DNA from: Naegleria gruberi
Taxonomy: Eukaryota
Strand: one strand, 5' to 3'
NCBI GenBank assembly: GCA_000004985.1
Contig: GG738876.1
Length of the DNA stretch: 64,000 nucleotides
The notes under the pieces are model-generated. The model ran no database searches. It saw only the letters and a list, made by a program, of their open reading frames with translations, and was not told the origin of the DNA. The translations under genes and the position numbers were made by a program. This document shows, piece after piece, positions 1 through 9,766 of this stretch. Position 1 is the first letter of the stretch. The number at the start of each line of letters is the position of its first letter.

Positions 1-1
1 T

Positions 2-190
2 GAACCATTCACCCCAGACTTTAATGAGGTAGCAGGAGGAGGATGGCAATACGTTCTTTTTAAAAAGAATGAAACAACCAAATCTTTGAATTATTTCCTG
101 AGTAATTTGAAGCAATTTGCAAGAGGAGAATCGAAACAAGGCAACAGTGGTGATGTTTTTTTTCAAGATTGTCAGTTAATCATTCAATAA
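2..190 (+). CDS. 3' end of an upstream gene running off the window. The frame is open from position 2 to TAA at 188-190 and translates ...EPFTPDFNEVAGGGWQYVLFKKNETTKSLNYFLSNLKQFARGESKQGNSGDVFFQDCQLIIQ*
   Basis: 63 stop-free codons in AT-rich sequence with coding-like codon usage. No homology recognised. Confidence 0.3.
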   Translation, partial: EPFTPDFNEVAGGGWQYVLFKKNETTKSLNYFLSNLKQFARGESKQGNSGDVFFQDCQLIIQ

Positions 191-294
191 TAATGGCGAT
201 TGATTTTTCTGCTAATTACCTAGAGTTTACAATTATTTTACAAATTAGTCAATTCGCCAAATTTTCCAATTTTGGTTTTCACAAGCAAAAAAAA

Positions 295-1332
295 ATGCAA
301 GAACACTTACTACCAAGATCCTCATCTTCCTCTTCATCGACTCCACATCCATCATGCAATTCTTCATCCTCTTCGACCGACAATCACCGAGGAAATAAAC
401 AATCCTTAGAACATTTGGCAAGAGTTTTCCTTGCCGCAGGTATTGCAGCAGCCACAGCAACTGCGATTGTTAATCCTATGGAATTAATTAAAACCAGAAT
501 GCAAACCATTGAAGGAGGAAATACTAAAATGCTTCAAGTAGCTTCAGATATTGTGAAAAAAGAAGGAGGAGTTCATAAATTGTGGACAATTGGATTGGGA
601 GTTTCATTCACAAGGAGTTTATTATATTCGAGTTTTAGAATTGGATTATATGATCCTATTAAGGATTCATTGGCTATGTTGAATGATGGAAATACAAAGC
701 AATTATCACTTGGAATGAAGGCATTTGCTGGTTTGATAAGTGGTGCAGTTGGAAGTGCATTAATGAATCCTTTAGATGTTGTGAAAATTAGATTTCAATC
801 ATCGGGAATAACAGGATCAGCAAGTACTGTTAAAAATAAGAATACAGTGGATGCATTGTGGAAAATTGCAAGGGATGAGGGATTTACAGCTCTTTACAAA
901 GGATCCATAGTCACAATGGTCAGAGCTTCGGTTTTGACAGCTGCACAATTGAGCTCTTACGATCATTCCAAATATTTATTATTGAAGAGTAATTTATTCG
1001 GCCACACCTTCTCAGATAACCATGTTACACATCTTTGGAGTGCCCTTATCTCTAGTCTCTGTACAGCTGTGACTATTTCACCAGTTGATGTCATCAAGAC
1101 CAAGTATATGAATGATGCCAAATTGAAAACCATTTCCCCAACAGGAGAAGTGCTAAAGGGAGGAAAATATAATGGTATTATCGATTGTGTAGTTAAGAGT
1201 GTTAAGACTGAGGGTTACAGAGTTTTGTTCAGAGGATTCCTTCCTTCATATGCCAGATTATGTCCTCACTTTTTGTTGAGCTTGCCTCTTTACGAACAGT
1301 TCAGAAAGTTATTTGGTGTTCCACCTGTGTAA
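295..1332 (+). CDS. Mitochondrial carrier family protein (solute carrier, three-repeat). The track start 169 is TTG; the likely start is ATG 295 (MQEHLL...) in the context caagcaaaaaaaaATG.
   Basis: Three P-x-[DE]-x-x-[KR] carrier signatures (PMELIKTRMQ, PLDVVKIRFQ, PVDVIKTKYM) and six hydrophobic segments. TAA at 1330-1332. Confidence 0.8.
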   Translation: MQEHLLPRSSSSSSSTPHPSCNSSSSSTDNHRGNKQSLEHLARVFLAAGIAAATATAIVNPMELIKTRMQTIEGGNTKMLQVASDIVKKEGGVHKLWTIGLGVSFTRSLLYSSFRIGLYDPIKDSLAMLNDGNTKQLSLGMKAFAGLISGAVGSALMNPLDVVKIRFQSSGITGSASTVKNKNTVDALWKIARDEGFTALYKGSIVTMVRASVLTAAQLSSYDHSKYLLLKSNLFGHTFSDNHVTHLWSALISSLCTAVTISPVDVIKTKYMNDAKLKTISPTGEVLKGGKYNGIIDCVVKSVKTEGYRVLFRGFLPSYARLCPHFLLSLPLYEQFRKLFGVPPV

Positions 1333-1363
1333 ATATTCTTAGTAAAAAGACGGATTAAATTTA

Positions 1364-4300
1364 TTACATATTTGAAAAATTTAAAGATCTTTTTACACTG
1401 CCTGTACTTATAGAACTTCTGGCCGAATTATTCAAAGACTTTCTGAGATATTCATTGTATTCCTTAATGTTCAACTCTTTGAGAGCTTGAGTTGATGAGC
1501 TGAATGAAAAATCAATAGATGTTGATAGCTGTTGAAAGTTGGTAAGAGAATGACCAATAGGACTCATTATTAAACTGTTGTGAGAGAATGGACCAGGACG
1601 TACTGGACTTGGTGATCCCAATGAGCTGCCATCACTGTTAAAGCTTGTTGCTCCGTCGAATGGGCTCATTATACCACTTGTGGTTGGAGTGACTGGGTAA
1701 TTGTTCTTTCTTGGTGAAAATCTTGAAGTATCCTCAGGCTCGCCAACAGGTGTGAACAATTGTTCTTGTAATAGAGTGTCCCAATCGATAGGCTTTAAAA
1801 ATGGGTGTTCCTTAATGATTTCTCCTCCTAATCTGGTTTTTGGGTTTTGATCAAGTAGTTTCTTGACAAAGTCTTCAACACCTGAAGTTTGGAACTCTTC
1901 TGGCAATTCTTCTGGCCATTCGTAACTACCTGACAGGATATTATTGAAAATGTCCTCGACAGTGTCAGCATTGAAAGGAGGAACACCAAACAATAGCTCA
2001 TATGTGATACATCCCAAAGACCAATAGTCGACAGCATAGCTATGTTCTTCACCAAATAAAATTTCAGGTGCAATGTAATCTGGAGTTCCAGGGACCTGAA
2101 CCATATCATCTGAATCTGACTCGCTTTCAATGCTTGCATTAGGACTGGTAACAAAACTGGCAGGATGAGGTGGAGATGATGGATTAGGAGTTCTTGGTTT
2201 GCTACTGGTTACTGCCTTTTCTTCTCTGTCCATAATACCAATTTCACTTAAACCAAAATCAGTAAGTTTCAATCTTCCCATGCTATCTACAAGCATATTG
2301 TCAGGTTTCAAATCACGATGAACAATCTTGGCAGCATGTAATTCCAAGAGAGCCAATACAATTTCAGCAACAATCTTTCTAACCTTATCAATATCAAATG
2401 CTGCCTGATGTTTGTTAATCTGATCTTCAAGTAGGCAATCCAAACTTCCTCCAGAACAATACTCCATAACAATGAAGAAGTATTTCTTACCAGCAAATGA
2501 GTAATAAAAATTGACAATGCACTTGGAGTCATGATTACTTCTCATCAATTGTTGCAGGACAGCACGTTCGGAGAGAATCTTATCCTTATTCTTCAAATAG
2601 GCAATGTTCTTGTGGTTGAAAATGTATTGTTTCTCAATGACCTTGATTGCATAAATGTCTGGTGTTGAAGTTTTCCTAGCAAGGTAAACCTTTCCATAGG
2701 CACCTTTAGAGATTGGTTTGATTAGAGTGAAATCCAAAATTGAAACCTTCTTAAAGTCTTCAGTATATTCGTGAAGTGTTTTGATTTTCTCTTCAGCAAG
2801 TTCAATAGAGGAGATGACTGTTTGTGTCTCCGTGCTTTGGTAACCCTTTAGTTCATCTTTGAGAGATAATTTTTCTTTGAGAGACTTTAAGTGATCTATT
2901 GCATGCTGTAAGTCGGCTTTTGTTTTGGAGTGATAAGATTCCTTGATGTATGAATACAATTCTCCAAATGTCTCCTCTCTTCTTCTCTTTCTAATCTCAT
3001 GAAGAAGTTGTTTAAACTTTTGATCACAACTAATTCTTCTCATGTTCATTTCGTGAGACTTTGCACAAGTTTGTGTGTGAGCTGTAAAGTTACTAACCTC
3101 AATAGCCTTTTCACAAATTCTACAGAATAAAGTATCTTGAGGTGATTGAGGAGTAGAATCAATTGTAACAACAGAATCTGAGGGTGTACTAATGCTACTT
3201 TGGTCAGATCGAGGAGTAATGACAGTTGTACTTTCCTCAGCCCACTTTTTAAGGAGTTTGTTAATTTTCAAATTTTGCTTATCTGTAACTGTAGATTCAC
3301 GAATCAAATCTGAGGAGGAGCCTGACTTTTTAGTCAGAGTTGACTCGAGGAAAGATAGCTTGGAAAATTGATTCAATCCAACTGGTGGTGTATTCACTCT
3401 AGGTATACCTCCCTTTGTTCTTGCCTCACTTGCGCTTCTCTTTCTTCCATCAATGCTAAGCACTTTGAGCTTTTCTGGAATTCTATTGTAAACTGCAATA
3501 ATTCTGTTCACTCTACTATAAATAAATATGAGCTTTTTCAATTCTTTCATAATAAAGCTTGTTTGAATAGATTCAATAATAGATTCTTCCTTCCTTCCTC
3601 TCAATTGAGACAACATGTCATTGAGCTCTTTCATATAAACCTGTTGAATAAGTTTAGAAACCTCTGCTTCAATAATTTGATGAGCCAATCGTTTCATTTC
3701 TGCTACGTGCCAATCATCACTCATTATTGGTTCATGATTTTCAGCAGCCTCTTCCAGTTCATGAATAAAGGCCTTTAAATCGGTATGTAATTGTTCAATA
3801 GATACTATCATTTTTCTCCAAAGGAACCTAGCAATCTTCTCATCTGTTCTTTTTCCTAAAAAGAACATTTGATTAGGATTTACTGTTTCAGTTTCTTCCT
3901 CGGAACTATAAGGATTCTTGTCGAATTGCTCGGTATGAATCATTTCTGAAAATGACATTTCATCCAATTTCTTTGTTCTCTTCATAATATTATTTCCTTC
4001 AATAAAATCTTCTCGTAAAGAGTTAAATTCGTCCTCCATAATTGATGATTCCTTTTCCACTGCCATCATTAAATACTTTTTCTTTCTTCTAGCATAATAT
4101 TTCATATGACTGTAAGACGCTGAGAAGGTTTCTGCATGCATTTTGCTTTTAAAAACTACAGGTGTTTGACATTTCATCATTAAAGATCCCATTGGAGATG
4201 GTAAATCTTGAAAAGTAGGAACATATCCACGAATTCTATAACCTTTAACTTCCGTCTGTGGCTCCATTTTATGATCACCAGATGAAGGTGGAGTCACGTA

Positions 4301-5914
4301 TCGTTCTTCACTACTAAATTCTCCATCCTCATTAGAAAAACTTTTCCTATTAGGTGGCGTTGTATAATTTGAATCCAAGTCATCATCCTTTGTTGTTGTC
4401 AGAGGTGTTTGATGATTGTCTGATTTTTCCGAATTGGTTGGTGTTTTTTTAAAGCTGAAACTGCTTCTTCTCGTTGAAGGAGGAGAAACAGATCGACTCC
4501 TAACTGGATAATCTGCTAACATGGCATAATCATCATCATCAAAATCATTTTTAAAAACACTCGGAAATGTCTTTTTAGCGCTACTATTTTTCTGTGATGA
4601 ATTATTCTTGATATATGCATCAACTTGTTCCAAATTGATTATGTTTTTCTGTGGTGTAATTTGTTCATTTCTTGGTGAAACTTTAGGAGAAGAGGTTGTG
4701 ATTGGTTGAAGAGGTATTGTTTTTCCATTCGACTTGGTATCAATCCTGAGATTGGGTCTCTTTTTCTGTGATGATGAAGCTGAAGATCTTGGAGTAGAAG
4801 AAGTTGATGATGTTGGGCTTGATGTATCATCTGTTGAATAATCATAATCGGAATGAGGAGAATGATGTGTTACCTTCTCACTGCTATTAGGTCTCAGTAG
4901 TTGGGATGTTTCTAAAATACAATTTGGTGTTTCTGGCATTTGAGAATTATTTTTGGTTGGATTAGGGATGAATGAGTTATTTGAGTGGATAGGAAGGTGA
5001 TTGTTTCGAAAACTCTGGTGATGATCCATCACAGAACCAACATCGAGTGAGGAACTTCTTTGATGTCCTACTGTATTTAGTTGGGATCCTCGCTTATTGA
5101 TAAGAGAAGCATTTCTACCAGAAAGTCGAAAGGGTTGATTTGAGGTTGACTTGAATGATGGAAGTGGTGGGTGCATTGATGTGGCACTATTATTGCTACT
5201 ATTGTTACTAGTATTATTATTATTACAAGAATTATCAGTTCTATCTGAATCAATAATTGGTGGAGGTGATCGAGGAGGTGAAAGAATTCTTGGTGTGGCA
5301 TGAATAATATGGTGATGATTAGGTGGGGAACACAAATATTGAGAACTGTATCCATATGCACCACTTTTCATACCCATTGGATAATTAATACTTTGAATTT
5401 CATTGTAAGTCAAATCATCAGAATCATCAGTATCATGAGATCCACATTCATCTTCCTCAACCAACATATCATTAATAGAGAATGGTACTTTTATGGGAAT
5501 ACTTGGAGATATTGATCTTAAAAGAGGTGATGTTGCTGCTGGATTAAGTATTGGTGAAATTTGAGGTTTTAAAATTGGGGATACAGACGGTAAATTCAAT
5601 GAAGATGATGAATCCATATTTTCAATAGTTCCACTCATCAAATTATGGAGATGTTGAAGCAATCCAGGGCTCTTCTTACCTCCATGATGATTATTATTAT
5701 TACTATCACTTGCATATGATGAAGATGAATTGTTATTCATACCCGAATTATTCATATTTTGATGATTTCTTTGAAGTGAAGATGGTGTTGCAGGACTAAT
5801 ATGAATGGGCTGATTCACACTAAACGGTGTCGTTATTCCGGATGGTGATGAGCCCACTATTTGTTGACTCTCTCGTTGGTGGTGATGGTGTTGGCTTCCT
5901 CGAGGCGTGGGCAT
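1364..5914 (-). CDS. Rim15/Greatwall-like AGC-family Ser/Thr protein kinase, 1516 aa. It has a ~1000-aa N-terminal S/N/H/P-rich low-complexity region, a C2HC-type zinc motif (CRICEKAIEVSNFTAHTQTC), and a kinase domain with a ~60-aa insert between DFG and APE.
   Basis: Kinase motifs GAYGKVYLARK, AIKVIEK, HRDLKPDNML, LTDFGLS...GTPDYIAPE, followed by an AGC C-terminal tail. ATG at 5914-5912 in the context aaaaaaATG (minus strand); TAA at 1366-1364. Confidence 0.85.
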   Translation of the reverse strand: MPTPRGSQHHHHQRESQQIVGSSPSGITTPFSVNQPIHISPATPSSLQRNHQNMNNSGMNNNSSSSYASDSNNNNHHGGKKSPGLLQHLHNLMSGTIENMDSSSSLNLPSVSPILKPQISPILNPAATSPLLRSISPSIPIKVPFSINDMLVEEDECGSHDTDDSDDLTYNEIQSINYPMGMKSGAYGYSSQYLCSPPNHHHIIHATPRILSPPRSPPPIIDSDRTDNSCNNNNTSNNSSNNSATSMHPPLPSFKSTSNQPFRLSGRNASLINKRGSQLNTVGHQRSSSLDVGSVMDHHQSFRNNHLPIHSNNSFIPNPTKNNSQMPETPNCILETSQLLRPNSSEKVTHHSPHSDYDYSTDDTSSPTSSTSSTPRSSASSSQKKRPNLRIDTKSNGKTIPLQPITTSSPKVSPRNEQITPQKNIINLEQVDAYIKNNSSQKNSSAKKTFPSVFKNDFDDDDYAMLADYPVRSRSVSPPSTRRSSFSFKKTPTNSEKSDNHQTPLTTTKDDDLDSNYTTPPNRKSFSNEDGEFSSEERYVTPPSSGDHKMEPQTEVKGYRIRGYVPTFQDLPSPMGSLMMKCQTPVVFKSKMHAETFSASYSHMKYYARRKKKYLMMAVEKESSIMEDEFNSLREDFIEGNNIMKRTKKLDEMSFSEMIHTEQFDKNPYSSEEETETVNPNQMFFLGKRTDEKIARFLWRKMIVSIEQLHTDLKAFIHELEEAAENHEPIMSDDWHVAEMKRLAHQIIEAEVSKLIQQVYMKELNDMLSQLRGRKEESIIESIQTSFIMKELKKLIFIYSRVNRIIAVYNRIPEKLKVLSIDGRKRSASEARTKGGIPRVNTPPVGLNQFSKLSFLESTLTKKSGSSSDLIRESTVTDKQNLKINKLLKKWAEESTTVITPRSDQSSISTPSDSVVTIDSTPQSPQDTLFCRICEKAIEVSNFTAHTQTCAKSHEMNMRRISCDQKFKQLLHEIRKRRREETFGELYSYIKESYHSKTKADLQHAIDHLKSLKEKLSLKDELKGYQSTETQTVISSIELAEEKIKTLHEYTEDFKKVSILDFTLIKPISKGAYGKVYLARKTSTPDIYAIKVIEKQYIFNHKNIAYLKNKDKILSERAVLQQLMRSNHDSKCIVNFYYSFAGKKYFFIVMEYCSGGSLDCLLEDQINKHQAAFDIDKVRKIVAEIVLALLELHAAKIVHRDLKPDNMLVDSMGRLKLTDFGLSEIGIMDREEKAVTSSKPRTPNPSSPPHPASFVTSPNASIESESDSDDMVQVPGTPDYIAPEILFGEEHSYAVDYWSLGCITYELLFGVPPFNADTVEDIFNNILSGSYEWPEELPEEFQTSGVEDFVKKLLDQNPKTRLGGEIIKEHPFLKPIDWDTLLQEQLFTPVGEPEDTSRFSPRKNNYPVTPTTSGIMSPFDGATSFNSDGSSLGSPSPVRPGPFSHNSLIMSPIGHSLTNFQQLSTSIDFSFSSSTQALKELNIKEYNEYLRKSLNNSARSSISTGSVKRSLNFSNM

Positions 5915-6198
5915 TTTTTAACTGGTGAAAAAAGACATTGTTGAGTGGAATAATGTTGTGTTATGTACGGATAAGTTCTAAGCATTTGATCAAGATACTT
6001 TGTGAAAATGATTATTTTACTCACAGTCAAAGATGAAGAGAAAATAGGATAAACAGTAAAAGGAAGTGGGACCATTGAAAATACGGTAGTGAGGAGTTGT
6101 TGGATGTCTGTTAGCCATATCGTATTACAGTAGTCAAAAAGATTTGGTAATGTCATCAATTTATATTGTGGGAAGATTTCAAGTTGTTCATCAAAAAA

Positions 6199-6753
6199 AT
6201 GTCAAAGTTTTTCAATGCTGATTTGTTAAGCAAGAAGAAGATTAAACCTCTCACACTCGTATTTATTCAACAACAAGAGAAGAGGAAGCTCTTGCTCGGA
6301 TTGAAAAAAAGAGGATTTGGAATGAATAAATTTAATGGATTCGGAGGAAAGGTTGAAGCTCAAGATTTATCCATAAAACATGCCGCAGAGAGAGAATTAA
6401 TGGAGGAAGCAGGAATTTGTGCTACTAATTTAATCAAGAGAGGTTTAATTATTTTCGAATTTGATCCACACATAGAATCATCAGTCTTGGAAGTTCATGT
6501 TTATTCATCACCAGATTATACTGGTGAAATTACGGAGAGTGAAGAGATGAAACCAGAATGGTTCGATTTTCAAGGTATTCCCTATGAGAAAATGTGGGTA
6601 GATGATGCTATTTGGTTTCCTTTACTTTTGGAGAATCCTACTCAATTATTTAAAGGGCATTTCATCTTTAGTGATTTCTCGAACATTCAAGAGTATGAAC
6701 TGGTAAAAGTGGAATCTCTCGACGAAATTGGTTCTTTTGTATTGAAAGAGTAA
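6199..6753 (+). CDS. NUDT1: NUDT1/MTH1-type Nudix hydrolase (8-oxo-dGTPase-like), 184 aa. The track start 6166 is TTG; the real ATG is at 6199.
   Basis: Nudix box GGKVEAQDLSIKHAAERELMEEAGI. Co-linear similarity to human MTH1 throughout (LGLKKRGFG..NGFGGKV; WF(D/Q)...IPY/F.KMW.DD.(I/Y)WFPLLL). Confidence 0.85.
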   Translation: MSKFFNADLLSKKKIKPLTLVFIQQQEKRKLLLGLKKRGFGMNKFNGFGGKVEAQDLSIKHAAERELMEEAGICATNLIKRGLIIFEFDPHIESSVLEVHVYSSPDYTGEITESEEMKPEWFDFQGIPYEKMWVDDAIWFPLLLENPTQLFKGHFIFSDFSNIQEYELVKVESLDEIGSFVLKE

Positions 6754-7016
6754 CTGTTAACTGAGCTATTACTGTACATTATTCTTACAGTAATTTTGTT
6801 GAATACTGTAACTAGTTTGGTGGTCAACATTAATGTTATGGCCATTTATCATTCTCTTTATTTATTAAATATTGGTCAAACCAATGAATTGAAATGCAAT
6901 ACAACTATTCTAATTCAACTCAAAGAGAGATGCCCAATACTACCATTTAAAACTTCTCAATGATATAATAAGGCAAGTAAGAACATGCATCAGAAGTTTT
7001 CAGAGAGAGAAAAAAA

Positions 7017-8804
7017 ATGAAAAGACCCACAACCAGCAAAGTCATTCGACCTCCATCATCATCAAGCATATTGGGAAAGAAATCATACATGACAATTCAT
7101 GTTGGAGAACGAGATTATTACGACTCGTCATCAGATGATTCTCTGATGGTGGTCAAAAAACTTGTTCCCAGTTTAAAGACAAGCCACTCGGCTTCCAATC
7201 TCAGAACCAACAAGTCATCATCCTCAATAGAGGGAAGGCAACTCAATAATATATCCACTCTAAATTCTTCAAGTCCTACCAATACGGGTAAGGATTTAAG
7301 TAGGTCCTCATCTGCATCTGCTCTTTTAAAAATCCCTACATTATCCCTCACTTCTTCTTCTGCCAATAAGATGGTAAAACCTTCTTTTAAAATGTTAACA
7401 CCCGACAATATTATTCATATATTGGGGTATTTTGGGGGAGAATTTCAATCATGTGTATCAAAAGGAAAAATTATTTGGAGTAAATTCTTTAAAACTTGGT
7501 ATGGAAGATTATCGGATGAAACTGTACGTTTATTGTATGTCTATGGAGACTTGACAGAGGCAAAAAATAGCATTGTTGATGAAATTTCATTCCTTTGTGC
7601 TGCCCAACTGCCTTTTGGATCTCACAATTTAGAGATTCCACTCATTAAAAAGTTGTGCTTTTGTCCTTACAAGTTTACAGATACTGAGAAGAAGGTGGCA
7701 ACCATAGTGAGGGAAGCTGATGTTGAATTAAAAAAGAAACTTTTGAGGAGATTGGATAATTTTAAGGTAAAAAATAGATACATTTGTGATAGTCTAAAAA
7801 TTCTAAAATTTAGTCAATTGGAAACATTTTGGGAAGCAATTGAAAAGTGCTTTGAAGTATTTCCAAATTTTGAGGAATTGAGAATTGGCTTTATTCACTG
7901 GGAAACTCCTGATTTTGTAAAATTTATCCCTCGATCATACAATTATAGAGATACGCTAGCGAGTGCACTAGCTAAAAGTAATAGAAAATGCAAAAAAATC
8001 GAGAGTAGAGGTCTAGATCATTTCCTGACACCAAAACTAGCTCAATATTTGCCTCTATTAGAGGAGTACAAAACAGTATATTCTTACTCATCTAAGCACT
8101 TGAAGGATATTGGGATGTGGAAAAATTTGAAAATACTGGATTGTGACTTGAGAGGTTTACAAGGAAGTCAAAAACCATGTAATCACTCCGTTCCAGAATT
8201 TTTCAAATCCCTAGCTCACTGTAAAAAGTTAGAGTGCTTTAGAATGCAAGATGACTGTCTATATGCTGATGAATTCAAACATCTAGCTAATGCTCTCCCC
8301 AATTTAAAATACCTCAACTTGTATAGTACAAAAACAGAACCTGATATTATAGAAACGATTGAAACGTTTACAAGTCTCAAAACTTTGATATTGAGTGAAA
8401 GCTTTGATGATGAGATTGTTTGGTTAGATCGGTTAAACAACATTGATAGTTTGGAATATTTGGAAATAAGTGGTAGTTTGAATTTTTCAAACTTTGTGGA
8501 AGTGTGTAAATTAACATCTCTCAAAACTCTGAGCGTACAAGTAGATATAGGAGATGAAGCTGGCAAACAATTGGCGAACTTGACTAATCTTGAACAATTG
8601 GAATTACAATCCTGCAGAAACTGTAAAAATCCTTTCACCTACGCATTATGTTTATTCTTACAAGACAATTTGAAAAATGTAAAGAGATTTAACATTCAAC
8701 CTCATTATTCAGTCCATGCCTATAACCATATTCCGATTGAAACACTGAAAACTCTGCAGTCCTATATTGTTAAGAAACATATTCTCCCCGATGCTATTCT
8801 ATAA
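7017..8804 (+). CDS. Leucine-rich-repeat protein (F-box/LRR-like), 595 aa
   Basis: C-terminal half is built of LxxLxLxxC/N leucine-rich repeats (LKILDCDLRGL, LKYLNLYST, LKTLILSES, LEYLEISGS, LKTLSVQVD, LEQLELQSC). ATG 7017 in A-rich context. Confidence 0.6.
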   Translation: MKRPTTSKVIRPPSSSSILGKKSYMTIHVGERDYYDSSSDDSLMVVKKLVPSLKTSHSASNLRTNKSSSSIEGRQLNNISTLNSSSPTNTGKDLSRSSSASALLKIPTLSLTSSSANKMVKPSFKMLTPDNIIHILGYFGGEFQSCVSKGKIIWSKFFKTWYGRLSDETVRLLYVYGDLTEAKNSIVDEISFLCAAQLPFGSHNLEIPLIKKLCFCPYKFTDTEKKVATIVREADVELKKKLLRRLDNFKVKNRYICDSLKILKFSQLETFWEAIEKCFEVFPNFEELRIGFIHWETPDFVKFIPRSYNYRDTLASALAKSNRKCKKIESRGLDHFLTPKLAQYLPLLEEYKTVYSYSSKHLKDIGMWKNLKILDCDLRGLQGSQKPCNHSVPEFFKSLAHCKKLECFRMQDDCLYADEFKHLANALPNLKYLNLYSTKTEPDIIETIETFTSLKTLILSESFDDEIVWLDRLNNIDSLEYLEISGSLNFSNFVEVCKLTSLKTLSVQVDIGDEAGKQLANLTNLEQLELQSCRNCKNPFTYALCLFLQDNLKNVKRFNIQPHYSVHAYNHIPIETLKTLQSYIVKKHILPDAIL

Positions 8805-9150
8805 GATGAACACAATAGAATAGCTGCAGTAGGATAAGAGAGACTTTACCTCCAGCTATTAAAATGTGAAGATAATGCGAGCACAACAGACTTACATCAG
8901 TGATCGAATATGTGGTAACAATAAAACAAACGTGGAGATGAACATTACTCAGATTACAACTTTACAATTTCACATCAATTTTGATGTAACACTTAACTTC
9001 TGTGATGTTTGAACTCTGCTAAAAACTAATGGTTTTTGTAACCCTCCCACCAATTAAAATCATCGCTAAAATTACGCTGGTGAAGGAAGCCGTCTATCTT
9101 TAACCATCTCGACGGTACAACTGGAGGTGAACTAACAACACACAAAAAAA

Positions 9151-9391
9151 ATGTCTGACGCCCCAGTAAGTATCTCTCACTAGCCATCACGTTCTGATCA
9201 AAAATAATCATCAATAATATTTAAAAATTGTATGATGACGATGATGAATTTATTTAAATTAGAAAACTGAAACTCAACAAGAAATCCAAGGTTCTGACGA
9301 TAAGACCACCCACGGTCACAGAGTCATTCTTGCTGCTCAATCATTGTTCTTCAGAAAGTTGATCTTGGAAGATCTCGAAAAGAAGCAATAA
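9151..9391 (+). CDS. Small two-exon gene absent from the ORF track: join(9151..9165, 9263..9391). It encodes the 47-aa protein MSDAPKTETQQEIQGSDDKTTHGHRVILAAQSLFFRKLILEDLEKKQ.
   Basis: Start context aaaaaaaATG. Exon 1 (15 nt) ends at a perfect GTAAGT donor at 9166. The 97-nt AT-rich intron ends ...aaattag at 9262. Exon 2 is 129 nt in phase and ends TAA 9389-9391. Function unknown. Confidence 0.35.
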
Positions 9392-9766
9392 TTGTACCAT
9401 TATCCGAGCCCTAAGAAAAATAAAAGTCTTTTTGTAAATATATAATCCGTAGAGTACGAGAAAACTATTCAATTTTAGACGTTTCGTAAAAATAGTATTG
9501 AAAGGCAGAGAGTTTGCCTCTATTAATTTCTTCACGACCAACAAAATCCTGATTCAAGGAAAATAGAATATTGAACCAATTCCAATATATTTATTCATCC
9601 ATTCAACGTTCAACAGTAGTCTGTCTACTAATATCCTCATCATCAAATTCTCTTTGTGTGTGAAGAACACTCAGTGAAAAAAGGGACACATTCTATGGAC
9701 AGGTTCCAATCAGAAGGATAGATGAAAAAATCACTGTAATTGCAAGAAAAAGTTAAATTTTAAAAA

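Noticed and set aside
169-294. N-terminal 42 residues of track ORF 169..1332 (MSVNHSIIMAIDFSANYLEFTIILQISQFAKFSNFGFHKQKK)
   Set aside because: The ORF 'start' is TTG, and the stretch is AT-rich with no carrier-like features. The carrier gene more plausibly starts at ATG 295 (aaaaaaaaATG).
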